Program-made: the position numbers and the translations under genes
The notes under the pieces: generated by a model
Told to the model about the DNA's origin: nothing
Databases searched by the model: none
Seen by the model: the letters and a program-made list of their open reading frames with translations, nothing else
From: Neodothiora populina
Lineage: Eukaryota
Assembly (NCBI RefSeq): GCF_041146345.1
Contig: NW_027191405.1
Location: 558,001 to 622,000 of the forward strand
DNA: 64,000 nt
Reading direction: 5' to 3'
Shown here: positions 27,015-38,575 of the stretch, one piece after another
Position numbering within the stretch: the first letter of the stretch is position 1
How the letters are laid out: each line of letters begins with the position of its first letter

Positions 27015-27534
27015 TGTGAAAGACAACAGCCTCCTCTTGCGGCGACGAGAGACAGAGGGGGAGGGGCTAAGACAGCGGAGGGAGAGGGATTGGGTGATTG
27101 AGAGGGAGAAGTTTCTTGCAAAGAGAGAGAGAGAGATTGCCCTATGCCTCTTGTGTGCTGGCGGTGCCTTTGGTAGAATGAAGCTCAGAAGGAAGTCGCG
27201 AAATGCCAAGGACTGGTCACGGAGAAGACCGGCCCGTCATTGGTTGACACTCTACTGTAGAAGAAAAATAATGCACGGACGTCGAGACCTGTACAGCCTT
27301 GAGGTATGTTATGCATCCGTCTGTGCATGCCATGCCCGGGCTTTTGTACAATATGACCAAAGAAAGAAAGAATAGCACTTCTCCGAGGCACGATTCCTCA
27401 TTCATCGCCAACTCTCACCTTTTCATTGCTTGCTTGTGACTTCTTCCTACCTGAAGTTGCATCCATGCGTCGGCGCGCACGGTAGCATTAATCCTAATTC
27501 TAGCGGCGTGAGAGGTCCCTAGGATTATCGAATC

Positions 27535-29717
27535 ATGGCCGAGGTGGGTTGCTGCGAAGAAAGAAAGATTATCTGACCTGACAGAAAGAGGAAGAGCAAT
27601 GCTGGCGCATGCCACTTTCGTCGATGGTCTATCCATGCCCGGCCTCGCACTTTCCTTCTGTGGGATATGCGACTGCTCTGGCAAGATGCTGATTCGATGT
27701 ACAGGAACATTCCCGCCTGTGTAATCTTCTCATCGAGGATGTCTATGGAGAGCTCCCCGCGGTACGCTTATGCTTCGTCTACATGGACACGACTGCGCAG
27801 GACACAGACTGACAATCAGCAGCAAGTCTTCAAGACCTTGTCGGTATGGGGCCGTCTCGATCTGCCCACTCTCGTCCGGAACAGCGAACTCTCTCCGAAA
27901 CATGTTCGATCTGGCCTCGTCGTGCTTGTGCAGGCCCACCTTGTGTACCACTGCGCAACCGACGCCGACGACCAGGCCTTTTACGATGTGAACTGGGATG
28001 GCGCCTACAACATCATGCGCGCGGGCAGGATCGTTTCGATTATCGAGGACCGATTTGGGGAAGGAGCGGGGCAGGCAGTTTCCAATCTGTTGCAGTTTGG
28101 ACATGCCCGAGTCGGCGACCTTGAAGATGCATATAAATTCGACTCGAAGACATCAGGCGCCGTGGATTCTGCTGCAGAACACATCAATGGCGAGGACATG
28201 CCCAATGGCTTTCACCGACCACAAAACAGAAAAATCACCACCAGAGCGCAGTTACACTCTGTACTGCATCAATTACTAAAATCTGGCTTCATCGCCAGAG
28301 TCGACCGAAGGACTTTTCTCGCCCCCGCCGACGCATCCAACGAGGCAGCTGCCATTGTGAAGCGTGAGCAATTCCCCGATGGCAAGGTCACGGGTCCCAA
28401 GGCGAGCGCCGCATTCGCGCAGGCCATGACGAGTCTGAAGCGCAAATGGCGGGACGAAGCAGACAACACCACCGCAGGAGTCAAACGCTCTGCTGCCACC
28501 AACGGCAACGGCCCCGCAGCCAAACGAAGAAGGACAAACGGAGGAATGGCCAATGGTGTGGGAAACTACGAGGAAGACGAGGAAGAGAGTGTTGTGCTTG
28601 AGGTATAAGGAATCGCCTTCCCCCGGTCTATCGTTGATTGACGAAACTAACTCTGCTACGACAGCGCGACATGGTGATCAAAGTAAACCACGAAAAGTGC
28701 AACGTTGCTCTGAGGAGTCAAGCCCTTGAGCGACTCGCCGCGCGATCCATCGGAGACGTGACTGCCAAAGTTTATGGCGCTTTGCTTCAACTCCTGGAAA
28801 GAAAAATACCGAGATGTCATGATGATCTGGAAGTATACGCGGATGAACAAGAAGAAGAATCAGCGCAACCCTCTGCCACGACACTGGACATTGGAGAATT
28901 ATTAGATCCGTCTATCGACTTGACCACGACCATAGCCGAAGACGATGACATGTTCAACGGAGCTCGCTCTCGCGATGTCGACGAGGACACAGACATGGCC
29001 GTGAAGCATGAGAACTACACGAATGGCTTCGATACGAGCGCCTCTGCATTCGCCGACCGCAACAAGCGGCTTTCTCAGGTTGAACAACATATGGCACTAC
29101 TGGCAGAACATCCACGCAACTTCTGCGCCAAAATCAGCACCCGCGGCAAGGGTGAATGGAGAGTCAACTTCCCCGCCCTTGCCAGATGGATGCAATGCAA
29201 CGAGATCGAGCAGACGATCTCCGCCCGTTTCGGCAGTATCGCAACTCGTATAGCACGCATGTTGAACGCCAAGGGCAAGTTAGACGAGAAGCAAGTCGCC
29301 AATTTTACCCTTATGCGCCAGAAGGATATTCGATCCATCATGGCTGAGATGCACGAAGCGGGATTTCTCGAGGCACAAGAAGTGCCCAAGGACAATTCAC
29401 GCCAGCCTAGTCGCACGCTTTTCCTGTGGTTCTTCGACATGGATAGATGCAGGCAACTACTGCTCAGCACTACGTACAAGGCCCAAGCAAGGATACTCCA
29501 GCGCATGCAGTTCGAAAGAGACGAAGTGCTGCCCGTGATTCAGAAGGCAGAGCGACTGGATGTTGTTGGCCATGAAGAAGAGTTCCTCACGAGCTCCGAC
29601 AAGGCGACCTTGAGACGCTGGAGAGAGTTCGAGGAGAAGCTGCTTGTACAACTCGAACGCCAGGACGATCTTGTCGCATTGATGCGAGACTTCTTGGGCG
29701 AACAAAAGCTACCTTGA
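27535..29717 (+). CDS. RPC82: RNA polymerase III subunit C82/RPC3; exons 27535-27543, 27705-27761, 27820(or 27823)-28602, 28665-29717
   Basis: LCNLLIEDVYGEL, GRL.LP.L, V..GLVVLVQ.HLV, IEDRFG...V.NLLQFGH..VGDL, RFG..A.RI.R.L..KGKLDEKQ, QEVPKDNSRQPSRTLFLWF. The first micro-exon (MAE) is less certain. Confidence 0.92.
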
Positions 29718-30706
29718 TCCCACGCGAGATCTATTTTCTCTTCTCATACACACTATTTGAGCAGTGTCGCAATTCTCCGACACGGACGATTGGGGGGTCT
29801 GGATTTACTTGAACGTCATTCTGCATAGCGCGCGGCGTTCTTTCCTGGGGGGCCGGTGGGCTGCTACTGCTACAGGAACGGCAGACATTCCTGTGATATA
29901 ATCGGCGCAACAACTTGGGTCTATCGGGCTGACTACATGTTGTGCCTGCTCTGTCAAGAGGGTGGGAGAGCTGCGACGCTCTGAACAGAGCCATCTACGC
30001 CGTTCGACGATCTCACGGAAGATCAAGCGATACCTTGTCATCGATGATGCTGCTAGCCACAAGACATGCTCATCATCTTGGACTCTTGTCATGTAGATAC
30101 CCCCTCCGTTGCCTGCAGACAGGCAGAACCAAAATCTGCAGCGGAACAAAAAGAAGAAGAAATATCAAAAAGCACCAAAAGGCAAAATTATATTGCAAAT
30201 CACAAAAAGTCTTTTCACATCAACACTACTACACTTCGCTTTTCCTGTGTTCTTGCATTCTGTACCATGTGCTTTCAATGTAGGTTGTGACACTATGACA
30301 TGTGCTGTCCTTATTTATTGGTTCTATTTGTGGTCGAACTCCCTCTGGCGAACAAGGCTTGATGCACTGTCGACCGATTGCTGCTTTTCATATCATCCTA
30401 TATACATAGAGAGAGGAACGTCAGAAATCAAGAGAGAGGAACATCAAAATAAGAGAGAGAAAGGGTACGTGGTTCCATCAATGGTATATGCGGTGATTTG
30501 ACTCGACGTGATATATATGATACAATGCCTTTACCCTCGGGTTGTCTATCACTTGCCCTCTCTCACTGCAGCGACTCCGTTCACTTGCTCATTCAAAGGA
30601 CACTCACTCACTCTCTTCATCTATCACTCCACTCAGCCTGCCACGCGTCTTTTCGCTAGATGGTTCTCACTCACTCTTCAGCCCAGTCCTCATGGCTCCC
30701 ACAGCT

Positions 30707-32443
30707 TCAACGTCTCGCCTTGCCCTGCGCGAAATCTCCCGACTTGCGCTTTTTCTGCTGCTGCTGAGGCACGACACCACCGCTCCTTTTCGCTGGCCCT
30801 CCCACTGCTGCTCCCGCCCCCGAGCCCTCATCACCGGGGAAAACCCTCACGTACGTCATGATATACGGCGACCAATGATGCTTCTGCCTCAGCGGCGCGA
30901 GATCGGCGACAGATACGCTTTCGTCGCTGATGTCTTTCCACGAGGCTTTGTTGCTGTTCGTGTCTTCTCGGATGTACGAGATGTAGTGCCCGCTGCGCAG
31001 ACCGCCGGCTTGGAGGATGACGGCTTGGAGTTTGTATTTCAGGGGTTTCGAGGCTGAAGAGGAGGGAGTGGCGGACCAGCGCGTCAGGTCTAGATCTAAG
31101 GGGATGTCGACGTGCTTGGAGTTTTTCGAGGGCGTCGTCGAGCGGCGCTCGAAATTGAATCGCTTGAGTTGAATGCTCAGCACTTCCGGTGCGTCGAGGA
31201 TCGAGTGGTGCCGCTGGCGCTTGGCGTTTGCCTCGCAGCCGCCGTCGCAGCGGATCAGGATCTGGCCTTCCTGGTAGGCGGCGTCGATGCATGCGTCGAG
31301 CGACTTGCCCGTGATGGCGAGGTTGAGCCCGAACTCGGCCGGGTTCGAGGCGTCGTTTTGGTGCTCTTTGTGGCAGGCCGCGCACGTCCAGCTTATGCGG
31401 TGCTTGATCTTGTAGATTGCCGAGAAGGCTGCTTTCGGGATGCCTTTGCCGTTTTCCAGCACGCCCAGCAGGTACACGAGGAACAGCTGGGCGTCGTCCT
31501 GAGAGCCGAACGAGGTCCATGATGGGTCGGACTTGCGCCCTGTGGACTTGACGGCTTGGTCCAGCGCTGTCACTGCGCGGCGGGTGTCGTTGGGAGTGCA
31601 GTGGTAGGTTATCGCTAGGTGGCGCAGCGCGCACACGACGCAGGACTTGGCTTTGCAGTGAGTGTGGTAGTCTCCTCGTAGGAGGTTCAGGAATTGGGGC
31701 ACGCGAAGGAGGTTCTGAAGAGTGCTTCGCCGGTAGCAGTAGTTCATTGGGTTGAAGAGGCCTTTGGTTCGCGGCGCTCCCACATCTGTGGGCCATGCTC
31801 TGGAGATTTTGCTTGCTGCTGCTGCTGCTGCTGTCGGCTTCTTGCGTCCTGCGCTGCCTTGAGACTCTGATTGCGATGGGCTTGCGATCGCCTGTACCTG
31901 CTTGGGCTTTTGCAACAATTGCTGCGTCTGGGGCTGGGGATTCGCTGGTTGCTGTCGCTCCTTGGATGCCTTTTTGCCACCTTCGGGTCCCTCCTCCAGC
32001 ATCCCATTCGTCCTTGGCTTCTTGAGGTCCTTGGGTGGAGCCGGATCTGAGGGGCCCTCTTCTGGGCTCTTCCTCTTCTTGCTACCATCAGTAATCTCTG
32101 CAGTCTGAGTAACAATTTCGTTTGTAGCAGGCTTCTCATCGCTAGAACTGCCTTCCTCCTTGACGGGCTTAGACGACACTTTTTGACTCTTTACAGGCTT
32201 CCACGGCTCCAAGACATCTTCAACACGCACACTCGTGGCGGGTTCCCACAGCACTTCTTTCGGGAGTCCCGCAGGACGCTGGCTCGCTTCACGCATGCCT
32301 CGTATCTGTCGTTTCTGAAGAAGTAATTTCACAAAAGCGCGCTTGCGACAACTTATGCAAGGAGCGGACTGCAGCGTGTTCATGTTGCTATGGTATACAG
32401 CCTTCCATGATCGCGGATGAGAGTGGTTTTCCCTGTGCCGCAT
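30707..32443 (-). CDS. Ubiquitin-specific protease (peptidase C19), divergent
   Basis: Cys box GLFNPMNYCYRRSTLQ, QDDAQLFL, CxxC pair (CAAC, CDGGC), APEVLSIQLKRF, His box YKLQAVILQAGGLRSGHYISYIR, WKDISDESV, PYIMTY. Start set at the first in-frame ATG. Confidence 0.85.
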   Translation of the reverse strand: MRHRENHSHPRSWKAVYHSNMNTLQSAPCISCRKRAFVKLLLQKRQIRGMREASQRPAGLPKEVLWEPATSVRVEDVLEPWKPVKSQKVSSKPVKEEGSSSDEKPATNEIVTQTAEITDGSKKRKSPEEGPSDPAPPKDLKKPRTNGMLEEGPEGGKKASKERQQPANPQPQTQQLLQKPKQVQAIASPSQSESQGSAGRKKPTAAAAAASKISRAWPTDVGAPRTKGLFNPMNYCYRRSTLQNLLRVPQFLNLLRGDYHTHCKAKSCVVCALRHLAITYHCTPNDTRRAVTALDQAVKSTGRKSDPSWTSFGSQDDAQLFLVYLLGVLENGKGIPKAAFSAIYKIKHRISWTCAACHKEHQNDASNPAEFGLNLAITGKSLDACIDAAYQEGQILIRCDGGCEANAKRQRHHSILDAPEVLSIQLKRFNFERRSTTPSKNSKHVDIPLDLDLTRWSATPSSSASKPLKYKLQAVILQAGGLRSGHYISYIREDTNSNKASWKDISDESVSVADLAPLRQKHHWSPYIMTYVRVFPGDEGSGAGAAVGGPAKRSGGVVPQQQQKKRKSGDFAQGKARR

Positions 32444-33549
32444 TGTGGGAGGGGACAATGACTCTACAATAGGTCCAATAGTTCCTGACAATGGCTGCTA
32501 TTGTTGGATATAATCAATAGCTTTGCGCAGCCTCTCCGAATACACGCAGGATGGATTCTTCTGTATTGTCAAATATTCCTGACGCTTCGCTGGCGCAAAT
32601 TCGACAAGTCCGCGCCAAAAAGAGTCGCGACTATCTACTATTTCACAGCAAAGATATTCTTTGTTCTGGCCGGATCCGGAAGTGGAGGTATAGATATATA
32701 CTCAAGAGAGTAGTGGAGTCGCCTTTGTACAATTAATCCAATCAGTACGTTTCGCGGCCCCCTCAAATGTCGGGTCCAAAGGGAAAAAACGCCGTCGCAA
32801 TGCGATCGCTGTAAAATTATATATAATAAGAAAGAGAAAAGAAAATGGCTGTATGGTTAGAGGCGCAATTAATTCGCCTCCAGCATCGAAAGTGCTGAAA
32901 TAAAATGTTCACAAAAAAATCGATTGCAGGCCGGCGCACGGACTTGATGTCAACGTCTGAAGTGTATCTGTACTCGCAGAGCCGCATAGTCCTGTACTCG
33001 AAACACGCCGAACACTTTGTATCAATCTTACACCTAAATGCAAAAAGAACATTGCATGAAAGGGATGTTTATAGAAAGATAATGAGATCTTCTGGTGTTT
33101 GTAACAATTCAAAGAGATCAGTGACAGAAGCAGCATGAGACTAATATGCGGCCGCCAAGTACTGGACATTCCAGGACTGATTACTGCTTACCATGAAGAC
33201 AGATGAGTCGAGGGTGAGAGACCGGTCATTGCCACAACTCGTGATAAGACCAATGAGCCAGTGAATATTTTCGAAAGAGAGCGATAATTCTTCTTCGGTA
33301 ATGCCGAGTTCTGATAAATTCTTTCACCGATGCTATCGTCTTTATCGCGAAGTAGACACTTGAATCAAGATGTCGAAGCAGTAAGTGGCACGAATTCTCC
33401 GAATGGCTATGACAGAGACAGTTGAAGAGCTGTCGCGGAAAAAAGCAAGGCTGATCTCTAACGCTCCGTTCAATCATTATCATTGAGAGACAGAGTGAAT
33501 CATGACTCATTGCTTATTCGCTTGAGTTCACGGGCACAAGACGAGGTGT

Positions 33550-34780
33550 CTACCGCTTCCAGAACCTGCTATCAATCTGCGCAATGGATAAGCTGATGTC
33601 GTAGAGCGAGTCCACGACTTTGTATGTCTTTCGGTCCTCTTCCGAAAGGGGTGCATTGCCGGGTCTGTCGACGACAATAGCCTTCATGCCTGCCTCTGTC
33701 GCAGCTTTGACTTCCTTGACGTTATCGCTCAAGAACAAAATGCCCCCGCTTGCCCTGCCGAGTCTCTGAGAGATGGTGCTGTAGCTGCTGGCTTCCATCT
33801 TCAAGCCGGCATTCGTGGTATCAAACCAGTCACTAATCAGTCCACTCAGGTTCAGTGGACCATTCTGCTCATCAGGTGAGCTCTGGGGCCGCTTGACATG
33901 ACGGAAAAGCAGCTTCTGTGCAAAGACGCTGCCAGAAGAGTAGATGACCAATGTCAGACCAGATTGCTTCCAGTGCTGCAACTGTGGCTCAACGTCTTCA
34001 AAGAGCGGTGTCGAGTAGGCGCCATTTTCATAGCCTGCCAGCCATAGATAGCCTGCATTTCATATAAGCAACGGCCCAACATTCGTGATATGTCAACAAC
34101 CAATTTACCTTGCAGATTTTTCAAGTAAGCAATCTTGACATCCCGAGCCGTCAGGTCTTGCACATGAGCCTCAAATGCCTCAGGCGATCCTTGGGCCTCC
34201 GCTGGGAAAGCATCACGGTAAGGCCTGAAGTCCGGCGAGTCCCATCTGTCTTTGACAACACTTGAGAGCGCCGTCAGTGCGTAGGGAAACTTTTTAGTCG
34301 CGATTAGCAGACCATAAATGCAAGAGTCAATGGCTGCATAAGCGGCTGGTGGCCGATGTGTTTCAATGCTGAACGGTGTAGATAGCAGGAAAAAGGAGAA
34401 CAACACACGTGCTAGCAGATAACACGAATGCACGGGAGTGGAGTCTCAGAGGATTGTGAGTTCGCTAGTGAAAAGAAGCAACACGCCCCAACGCAAGGAA
34501 CAGGGTGGATCAGAGGGAATGCTAAAGACATTGGTGCTTCTTGCTTGAGAAAAAGGTACTTACAAGAGTGTCTTTGACAAAGGAGATAGGGCAAACAGTA
34601 CCCTCTGCGCAGAAGCTATCAGTGTCTGATTCATCGGTACAGTAGATGGTTTATGTCGGGCCGCAAGCCTTCGGTGTAGATAGGAAGCTGAAGTCTTATC
34701 TGATCATCGGCTGAGCGAAGACAAGACGTACCAATGTCTAAGACGACAGTATCGACTCCCTCGAGTCCTGGAAGCACCAT
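33550..34780 (-). CDS. UTR4: Enolase-phosphatase E1 (methionine salvage); exons 34780-34732, 34604-34564, 34289-34109, 34052-33550
   Basis: VVLDIEGTVCPISFVKDTLFPYA, DVKIAYLKNLQGYLW..GY, IYSSGSVFAQKLLF, FDTTNAGLK, ILFLSDNVKEV.AA..AGM, RPGNAPL. Confidence 0.95.
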
Positions 34781-37700
34781 TTTTTGATTATGTGATAGGC
34801 TTCGCTTGTTCGATCTTTGCGTGAACAGAAATGGTTGGTTGGCTAGCTGCGATGGGTGGCTCGAGTGGTTCTAGAAGCGGCGCAAGATTCTTTCGCTAAG
34901 GCAAAGTACTTTGCGGTTCGACAAATCGATGAAGCGGTTCCAAGAACGGTCCGGCTCGGCTTATTCGCGCAATCGTGGTCAGATTTCCAAAAGATACCTT
35001 ACGCCAGTCGTCTTTCCTGCACTTCGATCGGACAGAATGAGCGGTGTGCAATGTTACCGCTACAATCGCAGGAGACCGTGATCGAGAAAGTTATTATCCT
35101 TTGACAGTGTTCGAGTCACTGCTACACTGCGCCAGCCATTGTCGAGATAAGCGGCAGAGGAGGAAAGCTCACTCATTCTCCGTGACCATTTGCGGGGGGT
35201 AGCGAAGCTATGGTGCTCATCAATGTAAGACGCTGCTCCAATGGTTCAACGTCCCTATTAATGGGTCCACAACGCCTAGCGGTCGCTCAAGTCACCTCTG
35301 GGCACAGGTTTCAGAATTCACCTGTTCTAGACAAAATGAGTGTCGCAGGTGGCGAGTTACAGTATTTACTGTTGACATGATTGCCCACCACACAACCGAA
35401 TCAACGAAGCACAGAAATGACGAAGATCAGAGAAAAGGGTCGAGTGACCACTGACCAGTGATTGTGTATCTCTAGTAGATTCCACGACTCACACGTGGTA
35501 CCCTTTGCAGCCATGCCGGGTAGCCATTTGCACTCAACCGTCAAGCACCCAAACCATGCCGTTCGATAGCCCAGGACAAGCGCAGAGGCTACATCGAGCA
35601 AGCTTACGACCTGCATACGGGGGCGTGCGATGGCAAGGTACCCGATTCGCGACTCCAGCACACCAACTCAGCTCGAGTCAGCCCACACCTACGTACTAGA
35701 AGGTCGGAATTTTTTCTTTTGCATTAGACTGGCTCATCAATTCGTAGACCACACTTCATCAAGTGACGACCATCAATTGGTATGTGATGGTACTTGTACA
35801 CCGACTTTGCTCGACCTTATCTCGAATGATGCGTCCCATCCCCACACCCGCTGCCAGCCCGTTGCGGCCCTGAGTGCATTGACCGCGGGCATGGCAGATC
35901 AAACTGCAAGTTGGTAAGCTTGTTTTTAGAAAGGTACAGTACCGCAGTACGAAAGGTAAAGTGGCAGGTGAGAGGTACAGTACTGTACTTTGAACAAGTA
36001 CAAGCATAGCGATCCCTGCGGGATTGGTAGGATGACTTATGCGAAGTGGTTGTACAGCAGTGATACCTTCGTACAGTTTGAGGTAGGCTATATGTTGATG
36101 AATTGAGAGTGAATTTGATGTCGAACTTGAAGCTGTGCTATATTTGCTCAATGTGACTATCAATAGTGAAGCTGTCCTAGGGGCATTACAGAGAGGTGGG
36201 CATTACGAGAAAGGATAGCTCCCCCTCGTATAAACATAGAAGAGTGAACATAGGGAACGCCAGAACTTTAGGTGGCCAAAATAGGAAACTTCCAGCGTTC
36301 GTCCATGTGTACTGTGTGCATACATGCTTGTATAGTGGCTTTGTTCCATCTGTGTGGAATATAGAAGGTCTTAGGATGATCGCATGCAAGCTTTCGTCAA
36401 ATGTGCAAATCTGTGTGCTGGGAGATGCTGGGGGGGGGCTGCCACTGCACTGGCTGACGAATAATAAAGTGGGTGAGGTATGTACAAGCTCTTGTCTCAG
36501 AGGTTGGAGAGTGGCAGGTGTGTAGACAGAAAAGCACCACAACAATATGTGGCCTGTTATTTACAGCACCTCTGTCTGCACCATGTTTGTTTAGGACGAT
36601 GATTATGTTGGTTTCCGCGCGCGGCTATGCAAAACAATGCAAGGGGGACGTTTCGAAATGAGAAGCGGGGTTCGAGGACAGTGTGCACGCTGTGCTGGAT
36701 TGATCAATCTGGAGATTGAAACATCATCATTTCACTGCGGCAACAAAGCACGCAATGTAAATCAGCATTCCAAAACATTCCATGATTACCTAGTGTTGCA
36801 AGCTGTCCACAGCAGGCAACATAATTGCGCTGTCAAAGGCCATAGTAGCGTAATCAGGTGCTCTCGGAAAGGCAGGCTGGTTACCTTACCAAGAAAGACA
36901 GGCCAGGAATGACGGCACCCCAGATGACGATACCAAGATGGTGCCATGGTGGCTCCGCTCTCGGCGAACGTGGCCTCTGGCGTGCTTCGTGCTTCGAAAG
37001 TTAAGCTTGGAACCGCGTGACTGACGTTGGACTCATTTGGACTGGCGCCGGGTTCGAGGGGCGTCTGATCATTGGACAAAGATAGATGGCGAGCTCGACT
37101 AGCGAAAGCATTGATCAAGCGCCACCTGGATGTCTGGGCTGGCCAATTACCATGACCGATGACTGGGTCGGAAACTGGCATGTTTCTACCGAGTTCGAGA
37201 GCTCTTGGGTTCGGTCGTCGTAAGGTTAGCTTACTGTATAGTGGTCGTTCTGAGTGTGTATGTGTACTGTGTACCCGGTACTCTTGCTCATACATTCACC
37301 GCTGCCTATGTCTCTCCCGTTCCCTGTTCCTTCTTTCTTTACCCTTTAAACCATCTCAACAACCCCCCTCCACAATTGAATAATGTCCTGAGCACGCCGA
37401 AACATTTCTTTCCAAAGACTGCCTTGAGCATCCGACTCGTCGCTTCCCGTCGTCAGCCTCTCACACTGCCTATTTACCTCCCTACCTACCTCTTCAATCA
37501 GCTGTCTCCCGTACATTCCTTAACCCTACCGTTTCCCGAACGACGCCGAGACAACGACAAGACGGCGGCAGTCACTCTTACTCATCCACCTTTCTACCTT
37601 CCTAACTGCCTACGTACCTACCTATCTACCTCAACTCTTCCTCTTTCTCATCATCCGCCCCCCCCCCCTTTCGGCTCCTAAACTCGGACAAGCAAGCAAG

Positions 37701-38575
37701 TCAATTGAGAAGTGTTGAGCACATCATCTTGCATAATAGCTATCAGTAGTCAAGCAAGCTTCGGAAGCCCTACTACTGTGTCATAGCTGAGTCCTGAGAC
37801 GCTTCGTACCTCATCGGCGCCCCGTATTTACAATTGGGTCCTTTGTTCAACAGCATCATCAACACTGCGAGGAATTGTCTGCCTTTCTGTCCCCGAGTAT
37901 TGCAACAGAAACAAGACCTCATCTGGTAATCTCCACAGAGTCAATCGCCTCGTCAGTCGATCTCGTCACTACAGGCTCCACCTGTCTTCTGAGTCATACT
38001 CTACCTGGACCCGGCGGCACCTCCTCTTCAATCATCTCGCATCTCATTGAACACCCTTCTTCTTTTATTCATCACGCCTTACGACTCTCTATAAACAAAC
38101 ACGCAGCGAGTTTTCCGCTTTTGTCTCTTCTTTTTCCTCAACCCGAGGTTCCTTCGCCTACTTCCCCGTTCATCGAACCTCGTTGTCCGGACCTTTACAA
38201 GCACTACAACCTTTTATTATCGATGCAAAGAACGAACGCCCTCCTCTTCTTCTAAATCGTACCAATCCGGGCTTTGACCCTTTTCTGTTCGAACATATCA
38301 CCCTAATCACCCAACCTGGACACCTCGGAGTCTGAAGCTTATTTCCCGTCTGTCTCCTCGTTTCAATCTTGTCCTTCTTCCTGTGGTCATACCCCGTAAA
38401 GGACCGGAAAAGTTCATCGTTCTGCTAAGCTCTTCTTCTTGGTTGTGGACCTCTGAATTGCAATCGGATCGTCTTTCGAGACTCTCGATCCCTTCCTGGA
38501 CGTCGTTGCTGCTAGCGGGCTTTCTAGCTTCGTTCTTCTCCGTCTACAGCCTGCCAAGTCACCATATCGCCCGCA

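Noticed and set aside
34852..34930. tRNA-like A box (TGGCTCGAGTGG) and GGTTCGA upstream of UTR4
   Set aside because: B box lacks the closing CC, and I could not build acceptor or T stems.
34900..37300. Short ORFs and isolated splice-like signals between UTR4 and KSP1
   Set aside because: No coherent exon chain or recognisable domain; treated as intergenic.
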